A stretch of 64,000 nucleotides of DNA from a candidate division WOR-3 bacterium (GTDB lineage: Bacteria; Hydrothermota; Tepidihabitantia; Tepidihabitantales; Tepidihabitantaceae): NCBI GenBank assembly GCA_965649225.1, contig CBFGJX010000014.1, forward strand, positions 1 through 64,000. The letters run 5' to 3'. The notes under the pieces were generated by a model. The model saw only the letters and a program-made list of their open reading frames with translations, had not been told where the DNA came from and searched no databases. A program made the position numbers and the translations under genes. Positions 8,085 through 18,064 of the stretch are shown here, in pieces (within the stretch, counting starts at the first letter, position 1; each line of letters begins with the position of its first letter).

Positions 8085-11000
8085 TCAGCGACTGACGATT
8101 AGTTTCTTGCGCACGCTGCCCAGTTCAATCAGATAGACACCGCTGCGCAGCCCGGAAATCGCCGTCGCGCCGGCCGGTCCGACCCGGCGAACTGCAATCA
8201 CTCTGCCGGCAGGGTCATACACCCGCAGCAAGGACAGTCCACTGGCCGTGGCGCCGGACCAGCACACCATTGTCGTCCCCCGGCTGAGACTCGGCACCGA
8301 CAGCTGAATCCCGTCGCGCGCCCCCGCGGCAACCCGGGCGCGCGGCAGCCCGGCCGCCGGCAGCACCGATGCCGGCTGGTAGCGCCAGAACTCCCGCGTC
8401 AGCTTGCCCTTCAAGGCATAGAGCATCCCGTCCAGAGCGGCAAGACCGGACCCGGAGTTGAATACCCGGCGCTTGCCGGTTGACCCGAACGACGGAATCG
8501 TCTCCAGTTCGAACCAGACACCGCTGGCCGGATCGAATGCGTACAGCTCTGGTGTCTTGCCCTTGATTGCATACACCAGCCCGTCGAGCATTACCGCATC
8601 GCTGCCATCACCGACTTTCTTTGACTTGCGGGTCTGACGGTTGTGCAGCGGCATCGCCGCCAGCGTCTCATTCCAGACTCCGGTGTTGATGTCAAAACCG
8701 TACAGCTCCTGAGACCGGCCCTTGTGCGCGAGAATCCGGTGCCGGGCCGGGTCGTAAACCAGCCACGACCCGCAGCCCCACTTCTTTGCGCTGGGGCCGG
8801 CTGGGGCATCGGGCAGCGCCTGCCACTCCTGGGTCTCGAAATCGTAACGCCAGAACTCGCTCACCCCGCCCTTGAGCAGATATAGCTGACCGGACGCACC
8901 GGCCGGAACCCAGACCAGGTCCGAGCCCCGTTTTACCGGTCGGCCCGAAGGCCCGGGCGGAACGTCGACCATTTGCGTCCAGGAATTGCCCATCACCGTG
9001 TAGTGCCATAGCTCTCGCGTATAGTTGCCCTTCAGCATGTAAACGTGGCCGTTGCCGTCGGCCGTTGCCGCGGCCCCGGCTTTGGGGAGTTTTCCCGCCG
9101 GACCGGGCGGAATCGGCGCCAGCACTGTCCACTGGTGACTGGCCGGCAGATAGCCGTAGCAATCAGCCTGCTTGCCGCCCTTGGCCGCAAACAGCCGACC
9201 GGTAAGGGCATCGGCAACCAGCCATCCGCCCACCAGCACCGGCCGGTTCGATGGCTCCAGCGGCACCGGCTCCAGCTCGGTCCACTGCCCGATTGACGGT
9301 GTCCCGGTCGTGTCGGTCAAAACGAGGCTGTAGCTCTTCCAGGGAATCGCCGCATACACCCGGTTGCGGCCAGCATCCTGAAACAGCATGCTCGCCCAGT
9401 CGCCGGCGGCGAACTGGGCAATCACCGTGTTCGTCGCACAGTTCAGGACGGTAATGACGCCGTCATCGTCGGCGGCATAGAGCCGGTCGCGCGCCGGGTC
9501 GCACAACATCGCCGTAACATCGCCCGTCAACGGTACTCGCGCGATCGTCGTCTCGGCCACGCAGTCGTGGACGACAATGCCGCGGTCATCACCGTAGTAA
9601 ACCCGGTTGCGCAGCGGGTTGCAGGCGATGGCGAACGACTCGCCCTCGTCGATTCCCAGCATCGCCACCACTGTATCGCCCGTACCGCAGACCACCATCA
9701 GCGTATCCTGACCGGCCAGATACACCCGGCCCGATGTCGGGTTATGCACCAGCCGGGGATACTCGGTGCTGAAACGGTCAACCGGCAGCGCCGCCAGCTG
9801 AGTCTCGGTCGCCGCATCAAACACCAGTAGCGAATCGCAGCCGCAGTAATACACCTTGTCGGCGTCGGGATTGTAAAGCAGACTCGGCCCGTAGGCCCGA
9901 TTGTTGCTGACATCGCGCTCAAAACGGACTGTGTTGCTGACGCAGTCCAGCACCCCCAGTCTTCGCGTGCCCCCGAACCAGAGCCGGTTGCGGGCCGGAA
10001 CCAGGCACAGCGCCGGAACATCCGGGTCCATTTCGTCCACATCAATCCGGGCAATCACCGAGTCGCTGCCGCAGTCAATAACCGCCAGCCACTCGTTGCC
10101 CATGACATACAGCCGGTCGAGCGCAGCATTGTAAGCGAGGCCGGTCTCCGGACAGTCGCCCAGCTCGCGCCACTCCGGCAGGTCGATCGAACGCAGCACT
10201 GCCTGGGTTGCCGCGTCCAGCACCAGCAGCCGCCGCCCGAGCGGAGCGGTCACATAGAGTCGGCTGCCGCCGCGTCCGAGCGCAAATCCGTAAGGGTCGA
10301 AACCGGTCACCAGCTCGGTAACCGCATGGGTGGTCGTGTTGACGATTGCCACAACCCGTTCGTCCTCGCTGACGACATAAACCCGGTCGCCGTTCGGCGT
10401 GCACAGCAGCCGGCGGCAACTGCGCGGCAGCTCGACCTCGGCGACGACCGATTGACTGTTGCCGTCGATGACAACCAGGGTATCGTGCAATTCCGAGTAA
10501 TTGGATGAGGTCAAAACGTAAATCCGGTTGGTTGCCGGGCTCACCCGCAACGCCCGGGGATGTCGACCCAGCCCGATGCGCGCCGCAACCGTCCCGCTGC
10601 TGGTCAGGGCAAACACCGAGTCCGGATAATAGCATGCACACCATGCCAGCCCGGTTGTGCTGTTGCCGTCAATGTCGGCCGGTGCGCCACGCACCGGCAC
10701 AACGGCAGTGAGCGAATCACCGGCACCGTCAATCACCGCGACGCAGGAGCTTTCGTGTACCGTGACAAACAGCCGGCCGGCGACCTGACTGTACCACAGG
10801 TTGTGGCCCGGTGCCGGCAGCGCGACGCTGGCGCTGATGTTGTTGGCGGCACCGTCAATCACCACCAGCCGGGCGCTGTCCGATGCACAGTAGACCTTGT
10901 TGTTGACGGTGTTGACGGCAAAACGGTACTGCTGACTGCGCGGTACCCCAAGCGTGGCGATGAGCGAGTCGCCGGCACAGTCAACGACCCCGACAAACTC

Positions 11001-11438
11001 CAGCAGCGGCCCGCAGATGACATACGCCTTGCGCGCAGCCGGGTTGTAGCAGCACTGTCCCATTCCGGTGTAAAACGGCACCGAGTCAACATAGCGGCCG
11101 GTGGCACAGTCAAAGATTCCAAGATGGCCGGCCGGCACACCCGCCACCAGCAGCTGGTCCTCGTCCGGGTTGTAACAGACACCGCGTTCCCGCGCCCAGC
11201 CGCCGCGCGCATCGGTCCGGCTCACCTTCTGGCCGGTGGCATTGTCGATGCCGAGCACGCTGCCACGCGCCATCACCACGAACACCCTGTTCTGAACCGG
11301 GCTGAAGCCCAGCGCCTGCGGCTCTCCGGCCAGTCCGAACCGGTCGGGCAGCACCAGCGTATCCTGCTGCCATTGACCGTCGGCAGTCGCGACTGTCAAC
11401 AGCGCGAGCAATACGACGGACTTCATCGCAGATTTCAT
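8085..11438 (-). CDS. Secreted YncE/YVTN beta-propeller protein with Kelch module and T9SS-like CTD
   Basis: Signal peptide MKSAMKSVV; repeated YNPxxNKVY...VIDCxxDSxIA blades; Kelch KGN/EFWRY repeats; GGAGG RBS. Confidence 0.85.
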   Translation of the reverse strand: MKSAMKSVVLLALLTVATADGQWQQDTLVLPDRFGLAGEPQALGFSPVQNRVFVVMARGSVLGIDNATGQKVSRTDARGGWARERGVCYNPDEDQLLVAGVPAGHLGIFDCATGRYVDSVPFYTGMGQCCYNPAARKAYVICGPLLEFVGVVDCAGDSLIATLGVPRSQQYRFAVNTVNNKVYCASDSARLVVIDGAANNISASVALPAPGHNLWYSQVAGRLFVTVHESSCVAVIDGAGDSLTAVVPVRGAPADIDGNSTTGLAWCACYYPDSVFALTSSGTVAARIGLGRHPRALRVSPATNRIYVLTSSNYSELHDTLVVIDGNSQSVVAEVELPRSCRRLLCTPNGDRVYVVSEDERVVAIVNTTTHAVTELVTGFDPYGFALGRGGSRLYVTAPLGRRLLVLDAATQAVLRSIDLPEWRELGDCPETGLAYNAALDRLYVMGNEWLAVIDCGSDSVIARIDVDEMDPDVPALCLVPARNRLWFGGTRRLGVLDCVSNTVRFERDVSNNRAYGPSLLYNPDADKVYYCGCDSLLVFDAATETQLAALPVDRFSTEYPRLVHNPTSGRVYLAGQDTLMVVCGTGDTVVAMLGIDEGESFAIACNPLRNRVYYGDDRGIVVHDCVAETTIARVPLTGDVTAMLCDPARDRLYAADDDGVITVLNCATNTVIAQFAAGDWASMLFQDAGRNRVYAAIPWKSYSLVLTDTTGTPSIGQWTELEPVPLEPSNRPVLVGGWLVADALTGRLFAAKGGKQADCYGYLPASHQWTVLAPIPPGPAGKLPKAGAAATADGNGHVYMLKGNYTRELWHYTVMGNSWTQMVDVPPGPSGRPVKRGSDLVWVPAGASGQLYLLKGGVSEFWRYDFETQEWQALPDAPAGPSAKKWGCGSWLVYDPARHRILAHKGRSQELYGFDINTGVWNETLAAMPLHNRQTRKSKKVGDGSDAVMLDGLVYAIKGKTPELYAFDPASGVWFELETIPSFGSTGKRRVFNSGSGLAALDGMLYALKGKLTREFWRYQPASVLPAAGLPRARVAAGARDGIQLSVPSLSRGTTMVCWSGATASGLSLLRVYDPAGRVIAVRRVGPAGATAISGLRSGVYLIELGSVRKKLIVSR

Positions 11439-11551
11439 CTTGCCTCCCCGGGCAGGAATGCGCCCTGACTCAAGATCATAGCTTCGCCCTCTCCGCCACG
11501 TCAAGCGGAGACGCTGGACGCCGGCACCGGCCTTCGCTATCATCGCCAACT

Positions 11552-12373
11552 GTGTCAATTCAGGCTGTAATCTTTGACCTTGACGATACTTTGGTCGTGG
11601 ACGAGGCCGCGGCGCAGACCGCACTGCGGGCCACCTGCATCACCGCAACGCAGTGGTACGGCATCGACCCGGACACGCTCTACGCTGCGATTCGCACCCG
11701 GGCGCGCGAGCTGTGGCGGGGCAACCCGACCGTGGCCTCATCGCCGTGCTGTGGGATGAGTTCGTGGGAAGCGCTGCGCTCGGACTTTCCCGGCAGCGAC
11801 GAGCTGATGACCGGGCTGCGGCAGTGGGCGCCGAAGTTCCGCTTCGAGGCGTGGCTGGCCGCGGTGAGTGACTGTGGTATCTTTGACCCGGTGCTGGCAC
11901 AGGAACTCGCCTGTCAGTACCCGCGCGAACGCGAAGCGCGCGAGGAAGCATTCCCCGACGCCCTGCCCGCGGTCAGCGACCTCGCGCCCGACTACCGGCT
12001 CGCGGTCGTCACCAACGGGCCGTCCGACCTCCAGCGCGGCAAGCTCTTCGCCGCCCGGCTCGAAGATCACTTCCCGGTTATCGTCGTATCGGCCGAGGTC
12101 GGAGTGTGGAAACCGGACCCGGCTATCTTCAGGCTCGCGCTCGAACGGCTCGGAGTCGAGCCGCGCGCGGCGGTGATGGTCGGCGACATGCTCGCGCGCG
12201 ATGTCGGCGCGGCTCAGGCCGCCGGACTCTGGGGTATCTGGCTCGACCGCGCGGCCGACGGCGGCATCGCCGCCGCCGACCGCAGGGCCGATTCGGCAAA
12301 CAGCGTCAGGCCGGACGCGGTTGTCAAGTCGCTGGCCGAACTGCGCGCGGCAATCGCCACCCTGCCGGCCTAG
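11552..12373 (+). CDS. HAD-superfamily hydrolase
   Basis: FDLDDTL, VVTNG, KPDPAIF and MVGD...DV motifs. Confidence 0.92.
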   Translation: MSIQAVIFDLDDTLVVDEAAAQTALRATCITATQWYGIDPDTLYAAIRTRARELWRGNPTVASSPCCGMSSWEALRSDFPGSDELMTGLRQWAPKFRFEAWLAAVSDCGIFDPVLAQELACQYPREREAREEAFPDALPAVSDLAPDYRLAVVTNGPSDLQRGKLFAARLEDHFPVIVVSAEVGVWKPDPAIFRLALERLGVEPRAAVMVGDMLARDVGAAQAAGLWGIWLDRAADGGIAAADRRADSANSVRPDAVVKSLAELRAAIATLPA

Positions 12374-12382
12374 CGCACAGCG

Positions 12383-13582
12383 CTACTGGTCCCAGCCCGC
12401 GGGTAGACGGACTTCGTAGGCGTCGGTGTAGTCCTCCGGCCGGTAAATCCCCCGATTGGAACCGTACACCAGTTTCGTGCCGGCGCGGTTGATGCTGGCG
12501 AAGGCTTCGGCAAAGTAGTTGGAGCGCGGGTTCGGGCCGGTCCAGCACCGGGTTTGGGCCAGCTTGACGATGCGGGGGTTGGGCACGAGCTGGAGCATGT
12601 AAAGCAGGTTGTCCATCCACGAGTGGGCCTGCCCCGAAGGTGGGTTCTCGGCGCCGTAGGTCGAAACCAGCACCCAGCCGGGTTTGGCCGTACAGTTGCC
12701 CGAGATGTGCAGCCCGATGTCGGTATTGACCTCGAACGGTATCGCCTGCAGTCCGACCTGCTCGCCGGTCTCCAGGTCCACCATCGCGATGGAATCGGTG
12801 GCGATGTTCTGCAGCACCATCACATCCCGGCCGTCCGCGGTCAATGCACAGTCGGAGTGGCCGGCCGCGCCGGCCGGAAAGTCAACCGCGTGCGCGAAGT
12901 CGCGGTGAAACGACTGCATCGGCCGCTCGTCGTAGCAGATGACCGCGTGCCTGCCCGATTCGTCCATCGTCACGTGGTTGACCGCACCCGGGAACTGGGT
13001 TTTCACGCCGACCACGCTGTCGGTGTCCCGGTCATAGACGCAGACTGCCCTCAGACCAAAGTTGCTGTCGGTCACCATCAAACACCAGTAACGCCGGTCG
13101 TTCGAGGCATCGCCCTCGGTCGCGGTCGTTACCAGCCCGACCCCCGGAAACTCTGCCGCGAAGTCGTGAACCACCCTGCCCGAGTCGGCCGCGACCGAAT
13201 ACTCCATCAGCCGGCTGTAGTTGAGATAATAGAACCGGTCCGGGTCAGTCGCGTGCCAGCGCGGTTCGAGTTCCTGACCGCCGGCGAGATGCGCCAGGCT
13301 GCGCAGCAGCGCATAGCTCTGTCCGTCGTAGAGGTAAAACACGCCGTCGTTGCTGCGCAGCACCAGATATGAACCGTCGCAGTTCCAGGCGTCGGCCCGG
13401 GCATACTCGTTCTGGATGCCGTTGCCCGAGTAGCCGTCGATGTCCTTGTCGGTGATGCGCACCACCAGCGAACCATAGAGCGAATCGGCCACTGCCACAC
13501 CCTTGGCCGGCAGGTCAGCGGGCGGACCGGCGCAGCAAAGAACGAGCGCCAGCAGGGCGAGGAAATGCACCGGTTGCCTCAT
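12383..13582 (-). CDS. Exported hypothetical (probable beta-propeller) protein
   Basis: N-terminal signal/lipoprotein-like peptide; AWNCDGS, HISGN and EAFASINRAGTKLVYGSN motifs. Confidence 0.7.
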   Translation of the reverse strand: MRQPVHFLALLALVLCCAGPPADLPAKGVAVADSLYGSLVVRITDKDIDGYSGNGIQNEYARADAWNCDGSYLVLRSNDGVFYLYDGQSYALLRSLAHLAGGQELEPRWHATDPDRFYYLNYSRLMEYSVAADSGRVVHDFAAEFPGVGLVTTATEGDASNDRRYWCLMVTDSNFGLRAVCVYDRDTDSVVGVKTQFPGAVNHVTMDESGRHAVICYDERPMQSFHRDFAHAVDFPAGAAGHSDCALTADGRDVMVLQNIATDSIAMVDLETGEQVGLQAIPFEVNTDIGLHISGNCTAKPGWVLVSTYGAENPPSGQAHSWMDNLLYMLQLVPNPRIVKLAQTRCWTGPNPRSNYFAEAFASINRAGTKLVYGSNRGIYRPEDYTDAYEVRLPAGWDQ

Positions 13583-13594
13583 CGCGCCACCGGC

Positions 13595-15136
13595 TCAGGG
13601 CAGCCGTACGATTTGACCGACCGCCGTCCGCCCTGCTGCAGTCAGCCGATACACATACACGCCGGCCGGTGCAGCGCGACTGTCCCATTCCAGTCGCGCG
13701 CCGCAGCTGGCACTGCGCTGTACGACCCGGCCGAGCGCGTCGGTCACGACGAGTTCGACCGGCTCCCGTCCCACCGGCGCAACTGTGAACCGCACGATGC
13801 CACGGGTCGGGCTCGGTACGACCTGCACCGAAAGCGACACCTGGCCTGCAGCCGGCGAATTGAGCCCGACCGGCAGCGAAGTCGAGTAGTGAAACCCCAT
13901 ATCGAGCGGGCCGGTGTCCGGTACCGAGTCGGTGCGGGTTGTCCAGCTGCGCAACAGCGCCTCGAGGTCAAGCCCGAGCGCGGGCAGCAGCGTATCGCCG
14001 GCGTCAACACAGGGCGATGTTACCGGTTGACCCGCGGCAATCTGCGACAGATAGTGCGCCCCCCGGCCACCGGCAGTAAACAGCGGGTCAGCCGAGATTG
14101 CGCCCGGACCCGGGGTGCAGTTGGCATAGTTGCCACCGGTGTTGTTCCAGACATTGTTCCAGGAATTGAACGCGACTCCCGGCGTGTAGCAGTATATTCC
14201 ACCACCGATGGACGCCGAATTGCCGGTGATGATATTGTTCTTCACGTAGGCGGTCTCATTGACGTCAATGTAGATACCGCCTCCCTCACGCCAGGTTCCG
14301 CCGATACAGGCATTGCCGCAAATCGTATTGGCAACAATTGTGACATTCCCGTTGACCTTGATGCCGGCGCCGTAGTTCCAGTACAAGGCCCGGTTCTCGT
14401 TGGCGGTGATGAGATTGCTGAAAATCAGCGCCGGGCCCGCGGCGTAGATGCCGGCGCCGTGCCCGCGGTCGCCATCCTTGTTCGAGTTGGCGGTGATGAT
14501 ATTGCCATAGACCAGCGCCGGCGCGTCGTCGATGTAGATGCCGGCACCATAGGTCCAGTAGCCGAGGCGGCACTCGTTGCGGGTAATCAGATTGAAGCAG
14601 ATTTCCGGTGTCGAGCGACTGGCGACATGGATGCCGCCGCCGTAAACCCAGGTCGATGAATCGGCGGCGACGTTGTCGGAGATTTCATTCTCCCTTATGA
14701 GCGGCGAGCAGTTGTTGGCGACATAGATACCGGCGCCGTAGTCGCGGCCCCCCTGCGCCGTGTTGGCGGTAACGATATTGCCGATGATGGTCGGTGAACC
14801 GCCACAGTAAATCCCCGCGCCGGTGCTGGCCTTGCCGGCACGCACCGTGAACCCGCGCAGTTCGGTGGCACGCGACTGGGCCGAGCCGAACTGGAGCACG
14901 CGGCCGTTGCCGCCGCCCGACAGCACCGTCGAAACCGGCCCGGCCAGCGAGTACAACCTGATGCCATCGGTCGCCGGCCAGACGATGTTCTCGGTGTAAG
15001 TCCCGGGCATCACCAGTACGGTGTCGCCGTAACGGGCAAGATTCAACCCAGCCTGAACCGTTGCGGCCGAATCGGGCACGACGATCACCCGGCCGGCGGC
15101 AAGCGCAGTCAAACTCAGCACCAAAAGGTATCTCAT
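13595..15136 (-). CDS. Secreted right-handed parallel beta-helix protein with T9SS-like CTD
   Basis: VPDSAATVQAGL...GDTVLVMPGTYTEN, repeated GAGIY/GGGI, ISADPLF, SPCVDAG; GAGGAGG RBS. Confidence 0.88.
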   Translation of the reverse strand: MRYLLVLSLTALAAGRVIVVPDSAATVQAGLNLARYGDTVLVMPGTYTENIVWPATDGIRLYSLAGPVSTVLSGGGNGRVLQFGSAQSRATELRGFTVRAGKASTGAGIYCGGSPTIIGNIVTANTAQGGRDYGAGIYVANNCSPLIRENEISDNVAADSSTWVYGGGIHVASRSTPEICFNLITRNECRLGYWTYGAGIYIDDAPALVYGNIITANSNKDGDRGHGAGIYAAGPALIFSNLITANENRALYWNYGAGIKVNGNVTIVANTICGNACIGGTWREGGGIYIDVNETAYVKNNIITGNSASIGGGIYCYTPGVAFNSWNNVWNNTGGNYANCTPGPGAISADPLFTAGGRGAHYLSQIAAGQPVTSPCVDAGDTLLPALGLDLEALLRSWTTRTDSVPDTGPLDMGFHYSTSLPVGLNSPAAGQVSLSVQVVPSPTRGIVRFTVAPVGREPVELVVTDALGRVVQRSASCGARLEWDSRAAPAGVYVYRLTAAGRTAVGQIVRLP

Positions 15137-15274
15137 GCTTCCTCCTCTGGCTGTGCTGCCAGCATAGACCACTCTCGAAAAGTGTCAACCGTCAGAGCCG
15201 GCCAGCCCGGTCCTTGCCGGCCGAACCGTAAAGCAACCGCGTTGACTTCTCCGAACCCGGACATACACTGGGCT

Positions 15275-17389
15275 GTGAACGGGTTATTTGCCCTCCTCCT
15301 GCTGGCAGGGGTTGATTCAACCGGAACAATTCAATGTCGCTACACCACCGTGGCGCCGCGCATCGATGGCTTCATCGAAGAAGTCTGGCACACCGCCGAT
15401 TCGGCTTTCGGCTTCATTCAGGCCCTGCCCGAAGCCGGCCGCCCGGCCGCCGAGTCAACCATCGCCTACGTGCTGCAGGATGAACACAATCTCTACATCG
15501 CCTTCCGTTGTCTCGCCCGTGACACTGCCGCAATCGTCGCGCGCCTGACCGGCAGCAGCGACCGGGTGTTCCTCTACCTTGACACCTACGACGATAACGC
15601 CAGCGCCTACGGCTTTGCCGTCTCCCCTGCCGGAGTCGAAACTGATTTCCGGCTGACCGAAAACGGTGCGGCGATGCAGGACTGGAACGGCGTCTGGCAC
15701 TCGGCAGCACGTCGTTATCCCTGGGGCTGGGCGGCCGAGCTGGCGATTCCCTTCAAAACCCTGCGCTACCCGAAGGATTCGCGGCGCTGGGGCATCGAGT
15801 TCGGCCGGCACATCGTCCGGACCGGTGAACGCACCTACTACAGCATCAGCGAGCAGACAACCTACCGCGTCTCTCAGATGCCGACGCTGGTCGATATCAA
15901 ACCACCCCGCCCGTCACTCCGGCTTGAGCTTTACCCGGTCGCCCTCGGCCGGTCGGAAAAACGGGCCGAAGCCTACACCGGCTGGGTTGACAGCCTATCG
16001 GCCGCCGCCGGGCTTGACCTCTCCTGGCAACCGACCACCAGCGGCAACCTCCAGCTGACGACCTTTCCCGATTTCGCCCAGATTGAAGCCGATCCCTATC
16101 AGGTCAATCTCAGTCGCTTTGAACTGTGGCTTAGTGAGCAGCGACCGTTCTTCGTTGAGGCCGCCGAGAACTTCGGCCGCCTCGATGCCCTCACGCCGTT
16201 TTACACCCGGCGCATCGGCCGGCCGCTGCCGGATGGCCGGGTAGTGCCGATAATTGCCGGCGCCAAATACACCGACCGCATCGGTCGCCTCTCACTCGGC
16301 GCGCTTGGAGCGCTGACCGGCCGTACCGGGTATCAGTTCCTTGGAGAGCAACTGGAAGAACCGGCAAGCCTGTTCTCGGCCCTCTCACTGCGCCGAGGAG
16401 TACTGCGCAGTTCCGAGTTTGGCATGCTCTACTCCGGCAAAGACAGCCGCACGGTCTCCAACCACGGCCTCGTTGCCGATTTCAGCCTGCGCACTCAACA
16501 GGTTTCCGGGCAGTTCTTTGCCGCCGGTGCTCAGTGCGGTGAAAGCCTCGACTGGGCCACCAGCGCCAGTGTCAATTACGACAACGACCGTTTCTTCGGC
16601 TCGGCCGGTTTCGGCCGCATCCAGCCGCGCTTCGACCTCAACGGCCCGGGCTTCGTTACCTGGCGCGGCCAGACATTCTGGCTGGGCGGCGGCCCGCAGT
16701 GGTACGCAACCGGGCCGTTCCGCTACGCCTCAATCAGTGCTCGGTTGAGTACTGATCAGGCCTGGGATATCGCCGACGGCGCAACGGGCTGGAACGGCGG
16801 TGCCACCGGTCACATGACTCTGCACAATCAGACAACGGTGATGCTCTCCGCCGACCTGAGCCGCAGTTTTGTACCCGACACCACTGCCAGCTGGCAACCG
16901 GTTCTGCAGCCCGGTATCAGTCTTTACCTCAGCACTCCGGCGGCGCACCGGTTGTCGGCCAGCGCCATGGCCAGCTGGACTCGCTCCTACAACTGGCGCC
17001 GGGGCGAACTCGCTCCCAGCTTCACTGCCAGTATCAGTCTGTCGGCAGCGGTAACCGACCGGCTGGCACTGCAGGTAGATTTCAACCCGACTGCCGAATT
17101 CAACCCCGACGGCGGGCTTGACTTCACCCGTGGCGTCACCACCGTCTGGCGACCGGCACTGACTTATGCCGTGACCCCGAAGATGAACACCCGCATCACG
17201 CTCGAGCTTGTCAACGGCTGGAACCCGGATCAGGACCGGCGCGAACACGGCGAGTACGTCGCCGCACTCTGGTCGTGGACCTTCCGTCCCCGCAGCACAG
17301 TCTACTTTGCCTGGAACTTCACCTCCGACCCGGAACGAGCCAGCAGTCAGGTACAGGTAATCAAACTGCGCTACCTGTTTGTCTTCTGA
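15275..17389 (+). CDS. CBM9-like sugar-binding domain + DUF5916 outer-membrane barrel protein
   Basis: PRIDGFIEE.W, WxAELAIPFKTLRY, PDFAQIEAD..VNLSRFEL..EQRPFF, terminal YLFVF; start uncertain. Confidence 0.8.
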   Translation: MNGLFALLLLAGVDSTGTIQCRYTTVAPRIDGFIEEVWHTADSAFGFIQALPEAGRPAAESTIAYVLQDEHNLYIAFRCLARDTAAIVARLTGSSDRVFLYLDTYDDNASAYGFAVSPAGVETDFRLTENGAAMQDWNGVWHSAARRYPWGWAAELAIPFKTLRYPKDSRRWGIEFGRHIVRTGERTYYSISEQTTYRVSQMPTLVDIKPPRPSLRLELYPVALGRSEKRAEAYTGWVDSLSAAAGLDLSWQPTTSGNLQLTTFPDFAQIEADPYQVNLSRFELWLSEQRPFFVEAAENFGRLDALTPFYTRRIGRPLPDGRVVPIIAGAKYTDRIGRLSLGALGALTGRTGYQFLGEQLEEPASLFSALSLRRGVLRSSEFGMLYSGKDSRTVSNHGLVADFSLRTQQVSGQFFAAGAQCGESLDWATSASVNYDNDRFFGSAGFGRIQPRFDLNGPGFVTWRGQTFWLGGGPQWYATGPFRYASISARLSTDQAWDIADGATGWNGGATGHMTLHNQTTVMLSADLSRSFVPDTTASWQPVLQPGISLYLSTPAAHRLSASAMASWTRSYNWRRGELAPSFTASISLSAAVTDRLALQVDFNPTAEFNPDGGLDFTRGVTTVWRPALTYAVTPKMNTRITLELVNGWNPDQDRREHGEYVAALWSWTFRPRSTVYFAWNFTSDPERASSQVQVIKLRYLFVF

Positions 17390-18054
17390 ACAAGACCGGG
17401 CGGCAGCACCAGCACCGAACGACCCGGCGACCAGTCCGACCAGTTGCCGAAATCATCCCGGGCGCGCACCCGCACCGTCACGACCTCCGGCACCGGCCAG
17501 GTGTGGTACTGCTGACAGGTATCGCCGGAAGCGTAGCGCTCGGTGACAGTTTCGCTGCCGTCACCCCAGTCAAACCGGTACACGACCGCGTCGCCCTCCG
17601 GGTCCACGCTGACGGCCAGCGCCAACGCCGCAACGCCGGCAGCGACCGTTTCCGGCACTGCCAGCGTCGGCACTGCCGGTGCCAGATTGTAAACAGTCAC
17701 CAGCAGTTCTTCAGACCAGTCGGAAATCCGGCCCCGCTCATCCAGCGCCCGACAGCGCACCGCCCGGCGGCCAGTGTCCGGCCAGTGATGCTCAAGCCAG
17801 ATTGTCTCGCCGCCACGGAACGAAGCGGTGGTTTCGGGTCGCCCCGGCGGCCAGTCAACGATATAGCGGTCACGCTCCGGTCCGGCCGGCAGGCTGTAGA
17901 AACCGAACCGTCCGACCGCGCGCTGGGCCAGGCTCTCGGGCCCCAGTGGCCGCTCCGGCGTCGTCGGGGCCGAACCGGCGCAGGCGACAAACAGCAACGC
18001 GGCAAAAAGCAGACGGGGGCGGAAAACGTTTCCGCCCCCGTCTGCAGACTTCAC
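17371..18054 (-). CDS. PKD-like domain lipoprotein
   Basis: LFVAC lipobox; DPEGDAVVYRFDWGDGS and RARDDFGNWSDWS motifs; start uncertain. Confidence 0.65.
   Translation of the reverse strand: MKSADGGGNVFRPRLLFAALLFVACAGSAPTTPERPLGPESLAQRAVGRFGFYSLPAGPERDRYIVDWPPGRPETTASFRGGETIWLEHHWPDTGRRAVRCRALDERGRISDWSEELLVTVYNLAPAVPTLAVPETVAAGVAALALAVSVDPEGDAVVYRFDWGDGSETVTERYASGDTCQQYHTWPVPEVVTVRVRARDDFGNWSDWSPGRSVLVLPPGLVQKTNR
18004..18045 (-). terminator. Rho-independent terminator
   Basis: 17-bp perfect stem followed by TTTTT on the minus strand. Confidence 0.75.
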
Positions 18055-18064
18055 TGCCGGTCGG

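Noticed and set aside
13582..13597. TGA of the beta-helix gene is in frame with the next gene 12 nt later
   Set aside because: The upstream protein ends with a complete CTD, the next gene has its own signal peptide, and there is no SECIS-like hairpin.
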